Source: Bdellovibrionota bacterium
GTDB taxonomy: Bacteria > Bdellovibrionota_C > UBA2361 > JBIKWN01
NCBI GenBank assembly: GCA_044356295.1
Contig: JBIKWN010000003.1
Span: forward strand, 1-64,000
Direction of reading: 5' to 3'
Length of the DNA stretch: 64,000 nucleotides
A program made the translations under genes and the position numbers. Positions 53,015-63,274 of this stretch are shown piece by piece. Under the pieces are notes generated by a model. The model worked only from the letters and a program-made list of their open reading frames with translations. It ran no database searches and had not been told where the DNA came from. Every line of letters begins with the position of its first letter. Within the stretch, counting starts at the first letter, position 1.

Positions 53015-53911
53015 TTACTCACTTTTTTCGACAGGAACACCAACAAGGTTACCCCACTCTGTCCAAGATCCATCGTAGTTACGTACCTTTTGAAATCCTA
53101 AAAGATAACTCAAGACAAACCACGTATGACTGCTTCTTTCACCAATTCTGCAGTATGCAACAACATCATCTGTTTTCTTTAAGCCCATCTCTGAACAGTA
53201 AATAGAGGATAACTCAGAAGCCGTTTTAAAAGTTCCATCTTCTGGATTAATAGCTCGTGCCCAAGGAACACTTTTTGCCCCTGGAATATGCCCACCACGA
53301 AGTGCGCCTTCATTAGGATACCCTTCCATATGTAGTTTCTTTCCTGAAAACTCATCAGGGCTTCTTACGTCTACCAAAGGAAGTTTTTTCTCAACATGCT
53401 TTAGTACGTCATCACGAAAAGCTCTGACAGTTTTATCATCCCTTGATGTAACTGAATAATTTGATGCTGTGAAAGATGGAGTTGTTCTTGTGAGTTCTCT
53501 TTTTTCTTTTTCCCACTTAAGACGTCCACCATCCATAATTTTTGCATTCGTGTGACCAAAAAGTTGAAAGATCCAAAATGCGTAACATGCCCACCAATTA
53601 TTTTTATCACCATAGAACACAACTGTCGTATCTTTTGTAATTCCAAACTTACCGCAAAGATCACTGAATTGTTTTGGATCAAGATAATCTCGGATTGTTT
53701 GATGATTAAGATCTTTGACCCAATCAATTTCTACTGCATTTTCTATATGTCCTGATTTATACAAAAGTTGATCTTCATTTGACTCAACGATTCGAACAGA
53801 TAGATTTGAAATATTTTCTGCAACCCATTCCGTCGTTACAAGAGAATCAGGGAATGAATATCCTTTTGAATGAATTTCATCGAGTGAAGTAAGTTTTAGA
53901 GCTGAAGACAT
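53015..53911 (-). CDS. sseA: Two-domain rhodanese / thiosulfate sulfurtransferase (SseA-like)
   Basis: [40 protein letters not shown]. Confidence 0.93.
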   Translation of the reverse strand: MSSALKLTSLDEIHSKGYSFPDSLVTTEWVAENISNLSVRIVESNEDQLLYKSGHIENAVEIDWVKDLNHQTIRDYLDPKQFSDLCGKFGITKDTTVVFYGDKNNWWACYAFWIFQLFGHTNAKIMDGGRLKWEKEKRELTRTTPSFTASNYSVTSRDDKTVRAFRDDVLKHVEKKLPLVDVRSPDEFSGKKLHMEGYPNEGALRGGHIPGAKSVPWARAINPEDGTFKTASELSSIYCSEMGLKKTDDVVAYCRIGERSSHTWFVLSYLLGFQKVRNYDGSWTEWGNLVGVPVEKSE

Positions 53912-54155
53912 TGGATAATCTTTAAAAAAATTAAATTTTTATAGTTGAGTAAACTATTATAATTTAGACAGCGTTTTTATGGAAATCTGAAGCATCATTG
54001 GACCTAATTTTTCAAATACGAATAAATCTTAGATTGCTAACTACTTGAATATACAGAGTATTATTTTAGCTTTTAAAGTTCTTTTTTAGTCTACATTCCT
54101 TTTATTTGAGCCATATCCATAGGTAAGAACGACTATAGTTCAAAGGTTAATTATT

Positions 54156-55355
54156 ATGACGACCCATCAAGAGAAAGTTATTGCAGCACTAACTGAAGTT
54201 GATACTGACGCAGGTAAGCTTGCTTCAGAAGTGTACGGCAAATTTAATGGTAATAAAGCCGCATTCAGAATTGAAAACGCCGCAGGTGCTAAAAAGCTTG
54301 ATAAAGCAGTCAATCTTGCGCTTGATCTTGCAAAGAGAGGGCACTCCCTAAGTAGCGAGGAAATTGATGAACTTAAGGAAGGTTTCCAAGCCGCAAAAGA
54401 ATTTTTACAAAAAAGTGCCCCTGCCGCAGCCCCTACTGGCGAAAGTCCAGCTAATCCTCAAGGTGCAGCAGCAGCTGGTGCACCAAGTCCTGCAACCGCA
54501 CCTACGAACCCAACTGATCCTCAAAATAATCCACAAAATCCAACTACACCAACGCTTACTCCTCTTGAAGTTGCCGCTCAAGAGCTTGATAAAACTATCG
54601 CTGATAAAACTAATGAATGGGCAACTGAGGAAAATGCAGCAAAACGTGCTGAGTTAAAAACAAAGCTTGATGAGTTAAAAGCACATCGCAAAGATCTCCA
54701 AAAGCTGATTGACGAATCTAAACCTAAAGAAAAATCTGAAGGTATAGATAAACTTGAAGACACTGTTAAAGCACTTAACAGTGCTATCGCTGAGGCACAG
54801 AGTGCATGGATTGCTGAAAAAGATCTTGAAAAGCAAAAGCCTTTAAAAGCAAGGCTCGATGCACTTCAGGCTGAACTAAGAGAAGCAGAAACTAAACTTG
54901 CAGCAGCAAAACGAACAGACAATCAAGAAGAGACAGCTGAGCAACGTGCTACTAAAGCTGCAGAGCGTGAAGAGGAGCGTAAGAAAAAAGAAGAAGAGCG
55001 AAAAGCTGAACAAGCGCAAAGAGAAAAAGACCGAAAAGCTGAACAAGAAAAACGAGAAGCAGAACAACGAATACGAGAACAAGTTACATACAGAGAAAGT
55101 GAAGTTAGAAAACTATCTAATTTAATCTCAAGTAATCGAGATGTTCGTGACGCTGAGCGAGGGATACTACTTTCTCCAGTAAACAGAGTTAAAAGAGACT
55201 TAATGAGATCTGAAGCTACTAAATATGGAGTCCCTTTTGATAGCAAAGATTCTTGGGAGATTATCTTTAATAAAATAATAGATAAAAAAGTTAAGGATAG
55301 ATTCCCAGCACAAACTAAAGCAGATGAAACAGCCAAAGACCCGAATGAAGAGTGA
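54156..55355 (+). CDS. Hypothetical coiled-coil protein with Pro/Ala/Thr linker
   Basis: 399 aa: helical N-domain, low-complexity linker, two related helical repeats, E/K/R-rich segment. Confidence 0.8.
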   Translation: MTTHQEKVIAALTEVDTDAGKLASEVYGKFNGNKAAFRIENAAGAKKLDKAVNLALDLAKRGHSLSSEEIDELKEGFQAAKEFLQKSAPAAAPTGESPANPQGAAAAGAPSPATAPTNPTDPQNNPQNPTTPTLTPLEVAAQELDKTIADKTNEWATEENAAKRAELKTKLDELKAHRKDLQKLIDESKPKEKSEGIDKLEDTVKALNSAIAEAQSAWIAEKDLEKQKPLKARLDALQAELREAETKLAAAKRTDNQEETAEQRATKAAEREEERKKKEEERKAEQAQREKDRKAEQEKREAEQRIREQVTYRESEVRKLSNLISSNRDVRDAERGILLSPVNRVKRDLMRSEATKYGVPFDSKDSWEIIFNKIIDKKVKDRFPAQTKADETAKDPNEE

Positions 55356-55475
55356 ATCCATCTTCCATACTCAGCTTAACATGTTGATTTTACTATGATA
55401 ATTTAAATGAACCAAACTGATAATAAAGACAGATTAAATACTATGAAAACTAAACCTATACTTGGTGACAGCTAT

Positions 55476-56291
55476 ATGAAAAATCTTAAAAAATGTTTGA
55501 TGACTATTCTTGGCGCGACACTTTTGGTTACAAATATTTCGATTGCACAATCAAACTCATGTAAAGGACAAGTTTCAAGAGCCAATTCGCTTCTAAAGCG
55601 TGCTATTTCTTCACAGAATAGACTAGATAGCCAAGTTCAAAGGGATGAAAATCAGATTGTAAATTTTGAAGGTCAGAAAGAGATTACCCTTGCTGGTTTA
55701 AGAGCTACCGAAGAAGCTGCAAAAGCTGATAAAACTTTTTCTTCACTAAGTTGTGTAGTAACGGTTGCATTCAATGTAAAATTCGTAACTAGGCAAGTAC
55801 AACCACCCCTTGAAGTAGAAGGTGGGAAAAATAATATTCCACGATGCGCAATGTTAATCGCTAGACTAGAAATCATAGCCCAAAAAGCATCAGCAAAACG
55901 CCGTGCACGTGAAAAATCATTCAATTTAAGAATAGCAGTCGTCCAAAAAAGACTCGATAGAAACAGAGCAAAACTAGAAACTGCAACAAGTGAAACAGTA
56001 AGACTTCAAGCATCATTCGACCAAATCTCTGCAGCATGCGAAGCATCAACTGCTCTTTCACAGTGCAAAAAAGATGCAATCAAAACTTGCAACCAAGAAA
56101 AACGAAGCTGTGGACCCACAAGAAATTCATGCAAAGCTGATACGAATCAATCATGTCGTGGAAGCTTTACCATCGGATCTGCTGACTATAGAAACTGCTT
56201 AACATCAGGATACAACAGCTGCAAAGATTCATATAACGCATGTTTCAACGTAGATTGCCAAGCACGTGCAAATACAACGTGTGGAGGGTAA
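55476..56291 (+). CDS. Secreted coiled-coil protein with Cys-rich C-terminus
   Basis: MKNLKK..SIA|Q signal peptide; many Cys in the C-terminal ~85 aa; upstream ATGs at 55407 and 55443 also possible. Confidence 0.75.
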   Translation: MKNLKKCLMTILGATLLVTNISIAQSNSCKGQVSRANSLLKRAISSQNRLDSQVQRDENQIVNFEGQKEITLAGLRATEEAAKADKTFSSLSCVVTVAFNVKFVTRQVQPPLEVEGGKNNIPRCAMLIARLEIIAQKASAKRRAREKSFNLRIAVVQKRLDRNRAKLETATSETVRLQASFDQISAACEASTALSQCKKDAIKTCNQEKRSCGPTRNSCKADTNQSCRGSFTIGSADYRNCLTSGYNSCKDSYNACFNVDCQARANTTCGG

Positions 56292-56300
56292 TATAGCCAA

Positions 56301-56942
56301 GTGACCCAGGCTATTATTATCGCAGGCGGGGCTATAAGCCCCGTTTTCATTTCAACCATCAAAGAATCGAATACCGATTTTATCATCGCTTGCGATCAAG
56401 GTGCTGAATACCTAGAACAAGCTGGCATTCAACCAAACCTTCTTGTTGGAGACCTTGATTCTATAAGCGAACAGACCCTTTCAAAACTGCGCCTCGCTGA
56501 AATCCCAATTGAACAGCATTCAGTAAATAAAGAATCATCTGACCTTGAGCTAGCAATCGACGCAGCGATAAAGCGAGGCTTTGAAAAGATTAAGATCTCT
56601 TGTGCCCTTGGCAATAGAACTGATTACACACTCGCAAATACCAACCTACTACTGAGACAAAAATATAAAGAGCTTGAAATTTCAATTAACGAAGATAACG
56701 AACAGATCATTCCTCTTCATAATGATATTGAGCAAGTAATATCAAAACCACCCTCAAAAAGGTTTTCAATAATTTTAAACGGCGAAGGGTACGTTTCGAT
56801 TGAGGGTGCAAAATGGAATCTTGATAATGAATATATTGTTCAAGGATCAAGCCGATTAGTTTCAAATCTTGTAGAAAAAGATTCGGTCTCTATTTTACTC
56901 AAAAAAACATCTGGTCTAGTCGTTTTCAGCAATTACTCTTAG
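56301..56942 (+). CDS. thiN: Thiamine diphosphokinase
   Basis: IACDQGA, GDLDS, KESSDLELA, GNR.DY, G.SR.VSN. Confidence 0.88.
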   Translation: MTQAIIIAGGAISPVFISTIKESNTDFIIACDQGAEYLEQAGIQPNLLVGDLDSISEQTLSKLRLAEIPIEQHSVNKESSDLELAIDAAIKRGFEKIKISCALGNRTDYTLANTNLLLRQKYKELEISINEDNEQIIPLHNDIEQVISKPPSKRFSIILNGEGYVSIEGAKWNLDNEYIVQGSSRLVSNLVEKDSVSILLKKTSGLVVFSNYS

Positions 56943-57742
56943 CTTTGATAAGCTCGTGCACCAATTCGGTGAATAACGCCCTCACCTTCGGTTTCTTCAG
57001 GCGAAATATGCCAAAGCCATGTTGAGCTATCTTTTAATTTTGACTCCAAGGGCTCTAAAAGCTCTTCTATAGTAGCAAGAGAGATATCCCACTCGGATTC
57101 ATCCCCAGTATAAAAGTAGAACTCACGATCAAAGAAAAATATTGAAGTTACTCGTGCTAATTCAATAACTCGGTCGATATGCTGCTTTTGAAGTTCATAT
57201 GAAAGCTCTAAAAGCTCATTATCTGTTGGATTATCTTGAAATTCTTCTGCTCGAGTAAAGAAATAAAGGGGAAGTTGTCCGAGTAAATTCAAAGACAGTA
57301 CAACATCATGTCTTTTACAATTTGCAATCGGGCAAGGATCCGGAGGAAGCTCATGGTGCATTGTGTAATAATCAATTGCACCTGTTACATCTTGTAATAC
57401 AGTTCGTACCGTAAAATCTTTTTTATATTTCTTAGAGATATTAAGAAGCTTCCATTTTGAAATAAAAAGCGACAACGGATCCGCGTCAACTAAAGTAATC
57501 TCAGAGCAAGCTGGAATCTCTTCCGCCGGAAAATCATAAAGCCTGCCACTTCCTAAAATTAAAAATGAAGAAGCATGTTGCGGCACATTACTCACAATAA
57601 ATTTTTTAGTAAGTGTAAAATGTTTATCCCAAAAATCTTTATTCCTCTCATACCGAGCTTTAATCCCAAGCCCCATTCGAATAAAATCTTTCCTCTTTGG
57701 ATAGAAAAATGAAAAGAGTAAAAAAAGAAACGAATCAATCAC
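56939..57742 (-). CDS. Hypothetical protein, class I SAM-methyltransferase-like fold
   Basis: ILGSGRLYD, LVDAD, QDVTG, VLSLNLL resemble Rossmann MTase motifs. Confidence 0.5.
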   Translation of the reverse strand: MIDSFLFLLFSFFYPKRKDFIRMGLGIKARYERNKDFWDKHFTLTKKFIVSNVPQHASSFLILGSGRLYDFPAEEIPACSEITLVDADPLSLFISKWKLLNISKKYKKDFTVRTVLQDVTGAIDYYTMHHELPPDPCPIANCKRHDVVLSLNLLGQLPLYFFTRAEEFQDNPTDNELLELSYELQKQHIDRVIELARVTSIFFFDREFYFYTGDESEWDISLATIEELLEPLESKLKDSSTWLWHISPEETEGEGVIHRIGARAYQS

Positions 57743-57751
57743 AGTAATTAC

Positions 57752-58906
57752 TTACGGAATACTTAATTTACCTAATATACTTTCAGAAGTTGCCCCAGTA
57801 ATACCGGATAAATTAAGGGCATAACTATGTATAAAAAGATAAGCCAAAAACGCAAAAGCCATTGCTTCTCTGGCAGAATCAGGAACACCAACCTCACTAA
57901 AGTTTTTAACTTTTACATGAGGCAATGCCTCTTGAAGCCATTTCATAATAGTTAAATTCTTAGCTCCACCGCCTGCAACTAAAAGCTCATCTATTGTTAC
58001 CGGGACAAAGTCTTTAATAGCTCTCGCTATACTCTCTGTTACAAAGCGTGTTGTTGTTGCGATAAGATTCTCATCAATTTTTCCGTGAAGCGTTTTTAGT
58101 TTTTCCACGAAATCATCACCATAATTTTCAAACCCAGCAGATTTTGGTGGTTTTTTATTTAGGAATGCATCGTCTTTAAGCAATTTTTCAAGTAGTTCTT
58201 TATCAACTTTAGACCTGGCAGCAATCTTTCCGTCAGTATCAAAGGGTTCCTTATTTTTTGTAAAAATCCTTACAAGCCTATCAAGTGGTGCATTTGCAGG
58301 TCCGGTATCAAAACCTTGCGTTGCAACAAGTGAATCACCAAAAATTGTTATATTAGCTATCCCACCCAAGTTAAGAATTGCTCGTTTTGTATCCTTCGAG
58401 CGAAAAAGAAAAAAATCAGTCGCCGGTGTCAACGGGGCTCCTTCTCCGCCGCAGATAATATCTTTTGCTCTAAAATCATGAATACAGGGACGATTGGTAA
58501 GATGACTTATAACATCACCACATCCAAGTTGTAGTGTTGTTTTTAAAGGGGTCGTCCCACTGTGATGATAAACCGTTTGCCCGTGCGAACCTGAGATATC
58601 AAAAGTGATGCCGCTGTCTTTTTCAGCTTTTAAGAGTGCTTCGGCAAAAGCTTTTCCTATTTCAAAATTTATTTGTGAAACATCTTCAATTGATAACGTT
58701 TTTACCGAACGAATTTTTTTCTGTAGAGCGTCACTGTATTGATAGGTATTAGAAAATACACATTGAGTCGCCAAAAGCTCTTCAGGTGGGCCCGAAAACT
58801 TACAAAGAGCGATATCGATTCCATCGGCACTGGTACCCGAAATTGCCCCTGCTACAACAAGAGATTTACGATTCTGAAGGTTTGAGAGCTTTTTTGTCCA
58901 ATTCAT
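57752..58906 (-). CDS. anmK: Anhydro-N-acetylmuramic acid kinase
   Basis: SGTSADGID, GSHGQT, DFR..D...GGEGAPL, NLGGIAN, FDTGPAN, GGGAKN, EAMAFA. Confidence 0.96.
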   Translation of the reverse strand: MNWTKKLSNLQNRKSLVVAGAISGTSADGIDIALCKFSGPPEELLATQCVFSNTYQYSDALQKKIRSVKTLSIEDVSQINFEIGKAFAEALLKAEKDSGITFDISGSHGQTVYHHSGTTPLKTTLQLGCGDVISHLTNRPCIHDFRAKDIICGGEGAPLTPATDFFLFRSKDTKRAILNLGGIANITIFGDSLVATQGFDTGPANAPLDRLVRIFTKNKEPFDTDGKIAARSKVDKELLEKLLKDDAFLNKKPPKSAGFENYGDDFVEKLKTLHGKIDENLIATTTRFVTESIARAIKDFVPVTIDELLVAGGGAKNLTIMKWLQEALPHVKVKNFSEVGVPDSAREAMAFAFLAYLFIHSYALNLSGITGATSESILGKLSIP

Positions 58907-58961
58907 GTAGCGCCTATTATGGAAGGAGCTCAAAAAGTGCGCTACCCTTGATGCGCTTCTT

Positions 58962-59651
58962 ATGAGAGATATTTACAGTTTTAAATGGATTAATGAATAC
59001 GTCCACTTGGCAAAGACCCTTCCTGAGCGGATCTTTTCTTGCCAAGGCAACTATCCCACCAAAGAAGAAGTTGAAAACCTTCAACAGATCTTTTCAGGGA
59101 AACCTCTTATCATAGAAATTGGTTCAGGCTCGGGGCAACACCTGCTTGAACATGCAAAACGAAATCCTTCAATATTTTTCATCGGAATTGAAGTTAGATT
59201 TAAAAGAAGTTTTAAACTTGCCGAGAAAGCAACAAAGAGAGGAATTGATAATCTATTTGTCATTCGAGGGGAGGCAAATTTAGTTTCACAAGTTTTTAGT
59301 GAAAATTCTTTGCATGGTATTTATATTAACTTTCCCGACCCTTGGGCTCGACCAAAGTGGAGGAAAAACAGACTGACCGCTCCTTCGTATCTTGATCAAT
59401 ACGAAAAACTTCTTGTTGATAATGGATTTTTAAAATTAAAAACAGACCACGAAGAATTCTTTGAGAGTACTCTGAAACTACTCGCGGCTCATCCTGATTA
59501 TATAGTTCAAAGATCAGAGCGAGACCTATACCAAACAGACTTAAAAGACCACAACATTCCTACCGAGTTCGAACAGTTATTCACTAGTAAAAAGCAGCCA
59601 ATTTATTTTATTGAAGCAATTCGCAGGGTTCGTTCGACTGTACAAAATTGA
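58962..59651 (+). CDS. trmB: tRNA (guanine-N7)-methyltransferase
   Basis: EIGSGSG, GIE, NFPDPW, KTD, TEFE. Confidence 0.95.
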   Translation: MRDIYSFKWINEYVHLAKTLPERIFSCQGNYPTKEEVENLQQIFSGKPLIIEIGSGSGQHLLEHAKRNPSIFFIGIEVRFKRSFKLAEKATKRGIDNLFVIRGEANLVSQVFSENSLHGIYINFPDPWARPKWRKNRLTAPSYLDQYEKLLVDNGFLKLKTDHEEFFESTLKLLAAHPDYIVQRSERDLYQTDLKDHNIPTEFEQLFTSKKQPIYFIEAIRRVRSTVQN

Positions 59652-59859
59652 ACAGCATTTTTTATATTTTTTTAGTGATCTCGAGTACGACCCAGTGCTA
59701 ATTTGATTAAAGCTCCCTTAAACGTTGTAACAAGATTGTAAAGATTGAGGGCAGGGGCTAATCAGTGCACTACGATTTTGATACCCTACTCATCAGATAA
59801 GAAGTTACCCGATTGAACTGGGTGTGGTTTTAATAAAGTTAATTTGTATAAGGGGCATT

Positions 59860-60051
59860 ATGTCAAAGCAGTGGGATAAAGAGATGGAAAAAATAGACAC
59901 CACAATTGGAGATCTTGTAGAAGCAATTACTCAGATAGCGCTTGAATCAGGAAAGAGCGAAGAAGAAGGTTATGAACTAGCCGCTATTGCTATCGAATCA
60001 ATTTTAAGAAGAAGCCTCAAACACGACCCAATCAACGAAGTGTTAAACTAA
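59860..60051 (+). CDS. Small acidic hypothetical protein
   Basis: ATG 59860 with SD AAGGGG; 63 aa; followed by a terminator. Confidence 0.7.
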   Translation: MSKQWDKEMEKIDTTIGDLVEAITQIALESGKSEEEGYELAAIAIESILRRSLKHDPINEVLN

Positions 60052-60064
60052 TCGATTGTTGCTT

Positions 60065-60114
60065 AAAGACCAGGGCGGTAGACTATTCTCCATCTACTAC
60101 CTTGGTCTTTTTTT
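60065..60114 (+). terminator. Intrinsic terminator
   Basis: 17-bp stem AAGACCAGGGCGGTAGA/TCTACTACCTTGGTCTT (one mismatch, G-U pairs) followed by T-run. Confidence 0.8.
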
Positions 60115-60119
60115 ATTGT

Positions 60120-60887
60120 ATGAATACACACTCTGCAGTTTCGATTTCACACCTCCAAAAAAGTTACGGCTCTTTTAAAGCTGTACAAGATATATCTCTC
60201 GAAATAAAACCAGGTGAAGTCTTCGGAGTCCTTGGTGTTAACGGTGCGGGCAAAACTACAACACTTCGAATGCTTGCCGGTATTCTAACCCCTACTGCAG
60301 GCGATATTTCTATTTTTGGAATTAATTTAAAAGATAATCCAATCGAAGCAAAAAGAATCTGTGGTTATATACCTGACAGACCGTATCTTTATAATAAATT
60401 AACTGGTCGAGAATTTTTATACTTTGTCTCTGATCTGTATCAAGTACCTGTTAAAAAAGCCGAAGAAAATATAACTCGCCTTCTTTCAGAATATAAACTT
60501 ACCGAATGGCAGTTTGAATTAATTGAAAGTTTTTCACATGGCATGAAACAGCGTCTTGCAACCTGTGCGGCCCTGATTCATGAACCTAAGCTTCTTATTG
60601 TCGATGAGCCAATGGTAGGACTAGATCCCCACGGTGCAAAATTTCTAAAAGCTGCTTTTCGCAGATATGCTTCTGAAGGCATGACGGTTCTTCTTTCAAC
60701 ACACTCGTTAAACGTCGCCGAAGAAGTTGCAGACAGATTAGTGATAATCGATAGAGGAAACATTATTGCGATGGGAACCCTTGCTGAAATTAGAGCACAA
60801 ACCAGCAGTAATCCTTTAAGCGAAGAATCCTTAGAAAATCTGTTCTTAAGACTTACTGGCGAAGACGAGCAAATAAGCGCTGCGTAA
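60120..60887 (+). CDS. ABC transporter ATP-binding protein (ABC-2 type)
   Basis: GVNGAGKTT, FSHGMKQR, VDEPMVGLDP, STH. Confidence 0.95.
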   Translation: MNTHSAVSISHLQKSYGSFKAVQDISLEIKPGEVFGVLGVNGAGKTTTLRMLAGILTPTAGDISIFGINLKDNPIEAKRICGYIPDRPYLYNKLTGREFLYFVSDLYQVPVKKAEENITRLLSEYKLTEWQFELIESFSHGMKQRLATCAALIHEPKLLIVDEPMVGLDPHGAKFLKAAFRRYASEGMTVLLSTHSLNVAEEVADRLVIIDRGNIIAMGTLAEIRAQTSSNPLSEESLENLFLRLTGEDEQISAA

Positions 60888-62530
60888 TGCTTATTCGAAC
60901 GGCTTTTACACTTATTACCCCAAAAATTCTGACTGTTAAGAATAGCATTTTTAAAAATGGCTCACTCGCTCAACAGTGCTTGATTATTTTTGGCACTCTA
61001 TTAGTTTTAGCGTGGCTTCCAACTGCTATTTATTTCTCGGTTAGGGATTCTTTAAATACATTTTCTGGTGGCGCCAATCCTATCGGATTTCTTGAACTGA
61101 TTGTTACTACTTTTGTTTCAATACTGGCAATCGCTGCGTGTATACATGCACTTCAGATTTTTTTTGTTTCTCGTGAAAATGAATTATTTCTATTAGCTCC
61201 ACTATCAAAAGCTGAATTCTTTTTAGGACGGTATATTGAAAACTGTTTTGCAGCTTCATGGATTCTTTTTCTACTTTTTATGCCTATGTTGTACGGGTAT
61301 GCGACTCATATAAAAGCTGATTGGAATTTTTACATACTCGCGACATTTTATTTTATTCTTTTAGCTTTGATTGAATCTGCACTTTCAATTGCTGTCGTTA
61401 TCATTCTTGCAAAAATTTACCCCGCTCGAAGACTGAAAGAACTTTTTATTATTATAGCTCTCGTTTTTATTATCTTTCTTCATTTTTATTCAAAAAGTAC
61501 TGAGTTTGTATTTCCCAAAATACATAACGGAAACGTTGAACAATTCGAGGAAACTCTTAAACATTGGCATCAGCAAATATCACTACGCTCGAAACAGCTT
61601 TTCTCGCTCCCTCTTTTGGAACTAGAAAAAAATAATACTTCAAATACTATCTCGTTATTTTGCGCACTGAGTGCTTTATTGGGGCTCAGTTTTGCAGCAA
61701 GTTTTCGTGTATTTACCGATTTCTACGAGCTCTCAAGCTCTCTTGAAAGATGGCAACAAACTAAAAAACCAAAGAAAAGATTCTGGCTTCAAAAGCCTCG
61801 GTCTTTATTTCTTGGGTTTTTTCAGAAAGATATTCATCTTTTTTTGCGAGATCTGGCTCAGCCTGTTCAATTAATACTTTTTATTGCCATTGCTGGCGTA
61901 ACACTGCTTTCATTTCGTCAAAGTACACTACTAAAAGGTGCACTTGGGGGTGATGAACTTATTTTTTACGATATTATTTTTGCAGTAGGAATTCTGAGCC
62001 ATGTGCTTTTAACAGTTCTTTTTGCAGGAAGATTTATTTTTCCGGCACTTGCATTCGAAGAAGAATCTCGTTGGCTCATTCAAGGGGCTCCTCTAACAGG
62101 AATGCAATTTGTTAAAGCTAAATATCAAAGTCAAAGTATCTTAACACTCGTTGTTTTAGTACCACTCTATATAGTTATTGCATTTCTTTCAGACCTGACC
62201 ATTGAAAGAATCCTTACAGGGACAATGTTAAGTATTTTGAGCATCCTCGGAATTGATGCTATTGCAGTCGGCAGTGGTGGACTTTTAGCAAGGATTTTTC
62301 ATAATAATCTTGCAAATATGACAAGTACACTTGGAAGTTTTGTCTTTATGACGGTAAGTCTTTTGGTGATACCGCTCTGTCTTGTCTTTTCAATAAGTCT
62401 TGCTTCATTCTATTCACTACTACTGTCTGAATCACTCTCTTTTAATGGGCTAGTTTGTTGCATCGTGTACGCAACCTTGATTCGACTTGTTGGCGGCTTC
62501 TTTTTAAGGAAAGCAGCACGTTTATGGTAG
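60887..62530 (+). CDS. Putative ABC-2 exporter permease
   Basis: 12 or more TM segments, FQKD..LFLRD, GRFIFP, TAATG coupling to the ATPase. Confidence 0.85.
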   Translation: MLIRTAFTLITPKILTVKNSIFKNGSLAQQCLIIFGTLLVLAWLPTAIYFSVRDSLNTFSGGANPIGFLELIVTTFVSILAIAACIHALQIFFVSRENELFLLAPLSKAEFFLGRYIENCFAASWILFLLFMPMLYGYATHIKADWNFYILATFYFILLALIESALSIAVVIILAKIYPARRLKELFIIIALVFIIFLHFYSKSTEFVFPKIHNGNVEQFEETLKHWHQQISLRSKQLFSLPLLELEKNNTSNTISLFCALSALLGLSFAASFRVFTDFYELSSSLERWQQTKKPKKRFWLQKPRSLFLGFFQKDIHLFLRDLAQPVQLILFIAIAGVTLLSFRQSTLLKGALGGDELIFYDIIFAVGILSHVLLTVLFAGRFIFPALAFEEESRWLIQGAPLTGMQFVKAKYQSQSILTLVVLVPLYIVIAFLSDLTIERILTGTMLSILSILGIDAIAVGSGGLLARIFHNNLANMTSTLGSFVFMTVSLLVIPLCLVFSISLASFYSLLLSESLSFNGLVCCIVYATLIRLVGGFFLRKAARLW

Positions 62531-63274
62531 GAAAAATTGCTCTACGGTAAATGTTGGCTGTAACTTTCTTTGTTGAATCGTCAGATCTACAGTCGAAGTA
62601 AACCTTGGTATTTCTAGATGGATTCGTTTAGGAAGTTTTGACTCATCGTATTCTGTAAACTGAGCACTAAGTCGTACGGAAGAATCCTCAAGGAATATCA
62701 TATTTTCTAATAGCTGGCTGGCAAGATTTACTTCAGCAAACAATACGGGATCTTCTTCTGTCAAAGAGCGATAAGCGTAAATTCGTATTTTGTCTTGTAA
62801 TAAATAAAACTGATAAAAAAGTGCTTCGCGAGGTAATACGCCAAATAAAACTGAGCTCAGTTCCTCTTGACTCAGCGAGAGTCCAAACAGATCTTCTAGT
62901 GTCGATGATGATAAGGGTTTAGATTCCTGCGAAGTGTTTGCTGAGTCAGTAAACAAATATTTTTCACCATCAGTAACAAATAAAGCTAATGTGAAAAAAC
63001 TTGTTGTGGGAAATACCTCAACTCGAAATTTCTTATTATCTCTAAGGATTGCATAGCGAAGCGTTTGCTTCTCGGCATCCGCCTGAATCGTAGCATGAAC
63101 AAGTGTTTTATAAGATTGATTCTCTTTTTGAAAAAGATTTGGCATAAGCTTTTCTGCATCGGCTTCAGAAAGAGGCGCGCCATCTGGCTTAGGTACTTTA
63201 AAAGAAGATACTGCACATCCTGATAAAAATAAAAGAACGATACAAATCGTTACTTTCAAATAATTTTTAATCAT
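62522..63274 (-). CDS. Lipoprotein, LolB/DUF4292-like
   Basis: Lipobox LSGC, beta-rich body, LPKRIHL; follows a TPR gene. Confidence 0.6.
   Translation of the reverse strand: MIKNYLKVTICIVLLFLSGCAVSSFKVPKPDGAPLSEADAEKLMPNLFQKENQSYKTLVHATIQADAEKQTLRYAILRDNKKFRVEVFPTTSFFTLALFVTDGEKYLFTDSANTSQESKPLSSSTLEDLFGLSLSQEELSSVLFGVLPREALFYQFYLLQDKIRIYAYRSLTEEDPVLFAEVNLASQLLENMIFLEDSSVRLSAQFTEYDESKLPKRIHLEIPRFTSTVDLTIQQRKLQPTFTVEQFFLP

Noticed and set aside
54364..55336. Alternative-frame and antisense ORFs over the coiled-coil gene
   Set aside because: By-products of low-complexity codon usage, with no SD or motifs
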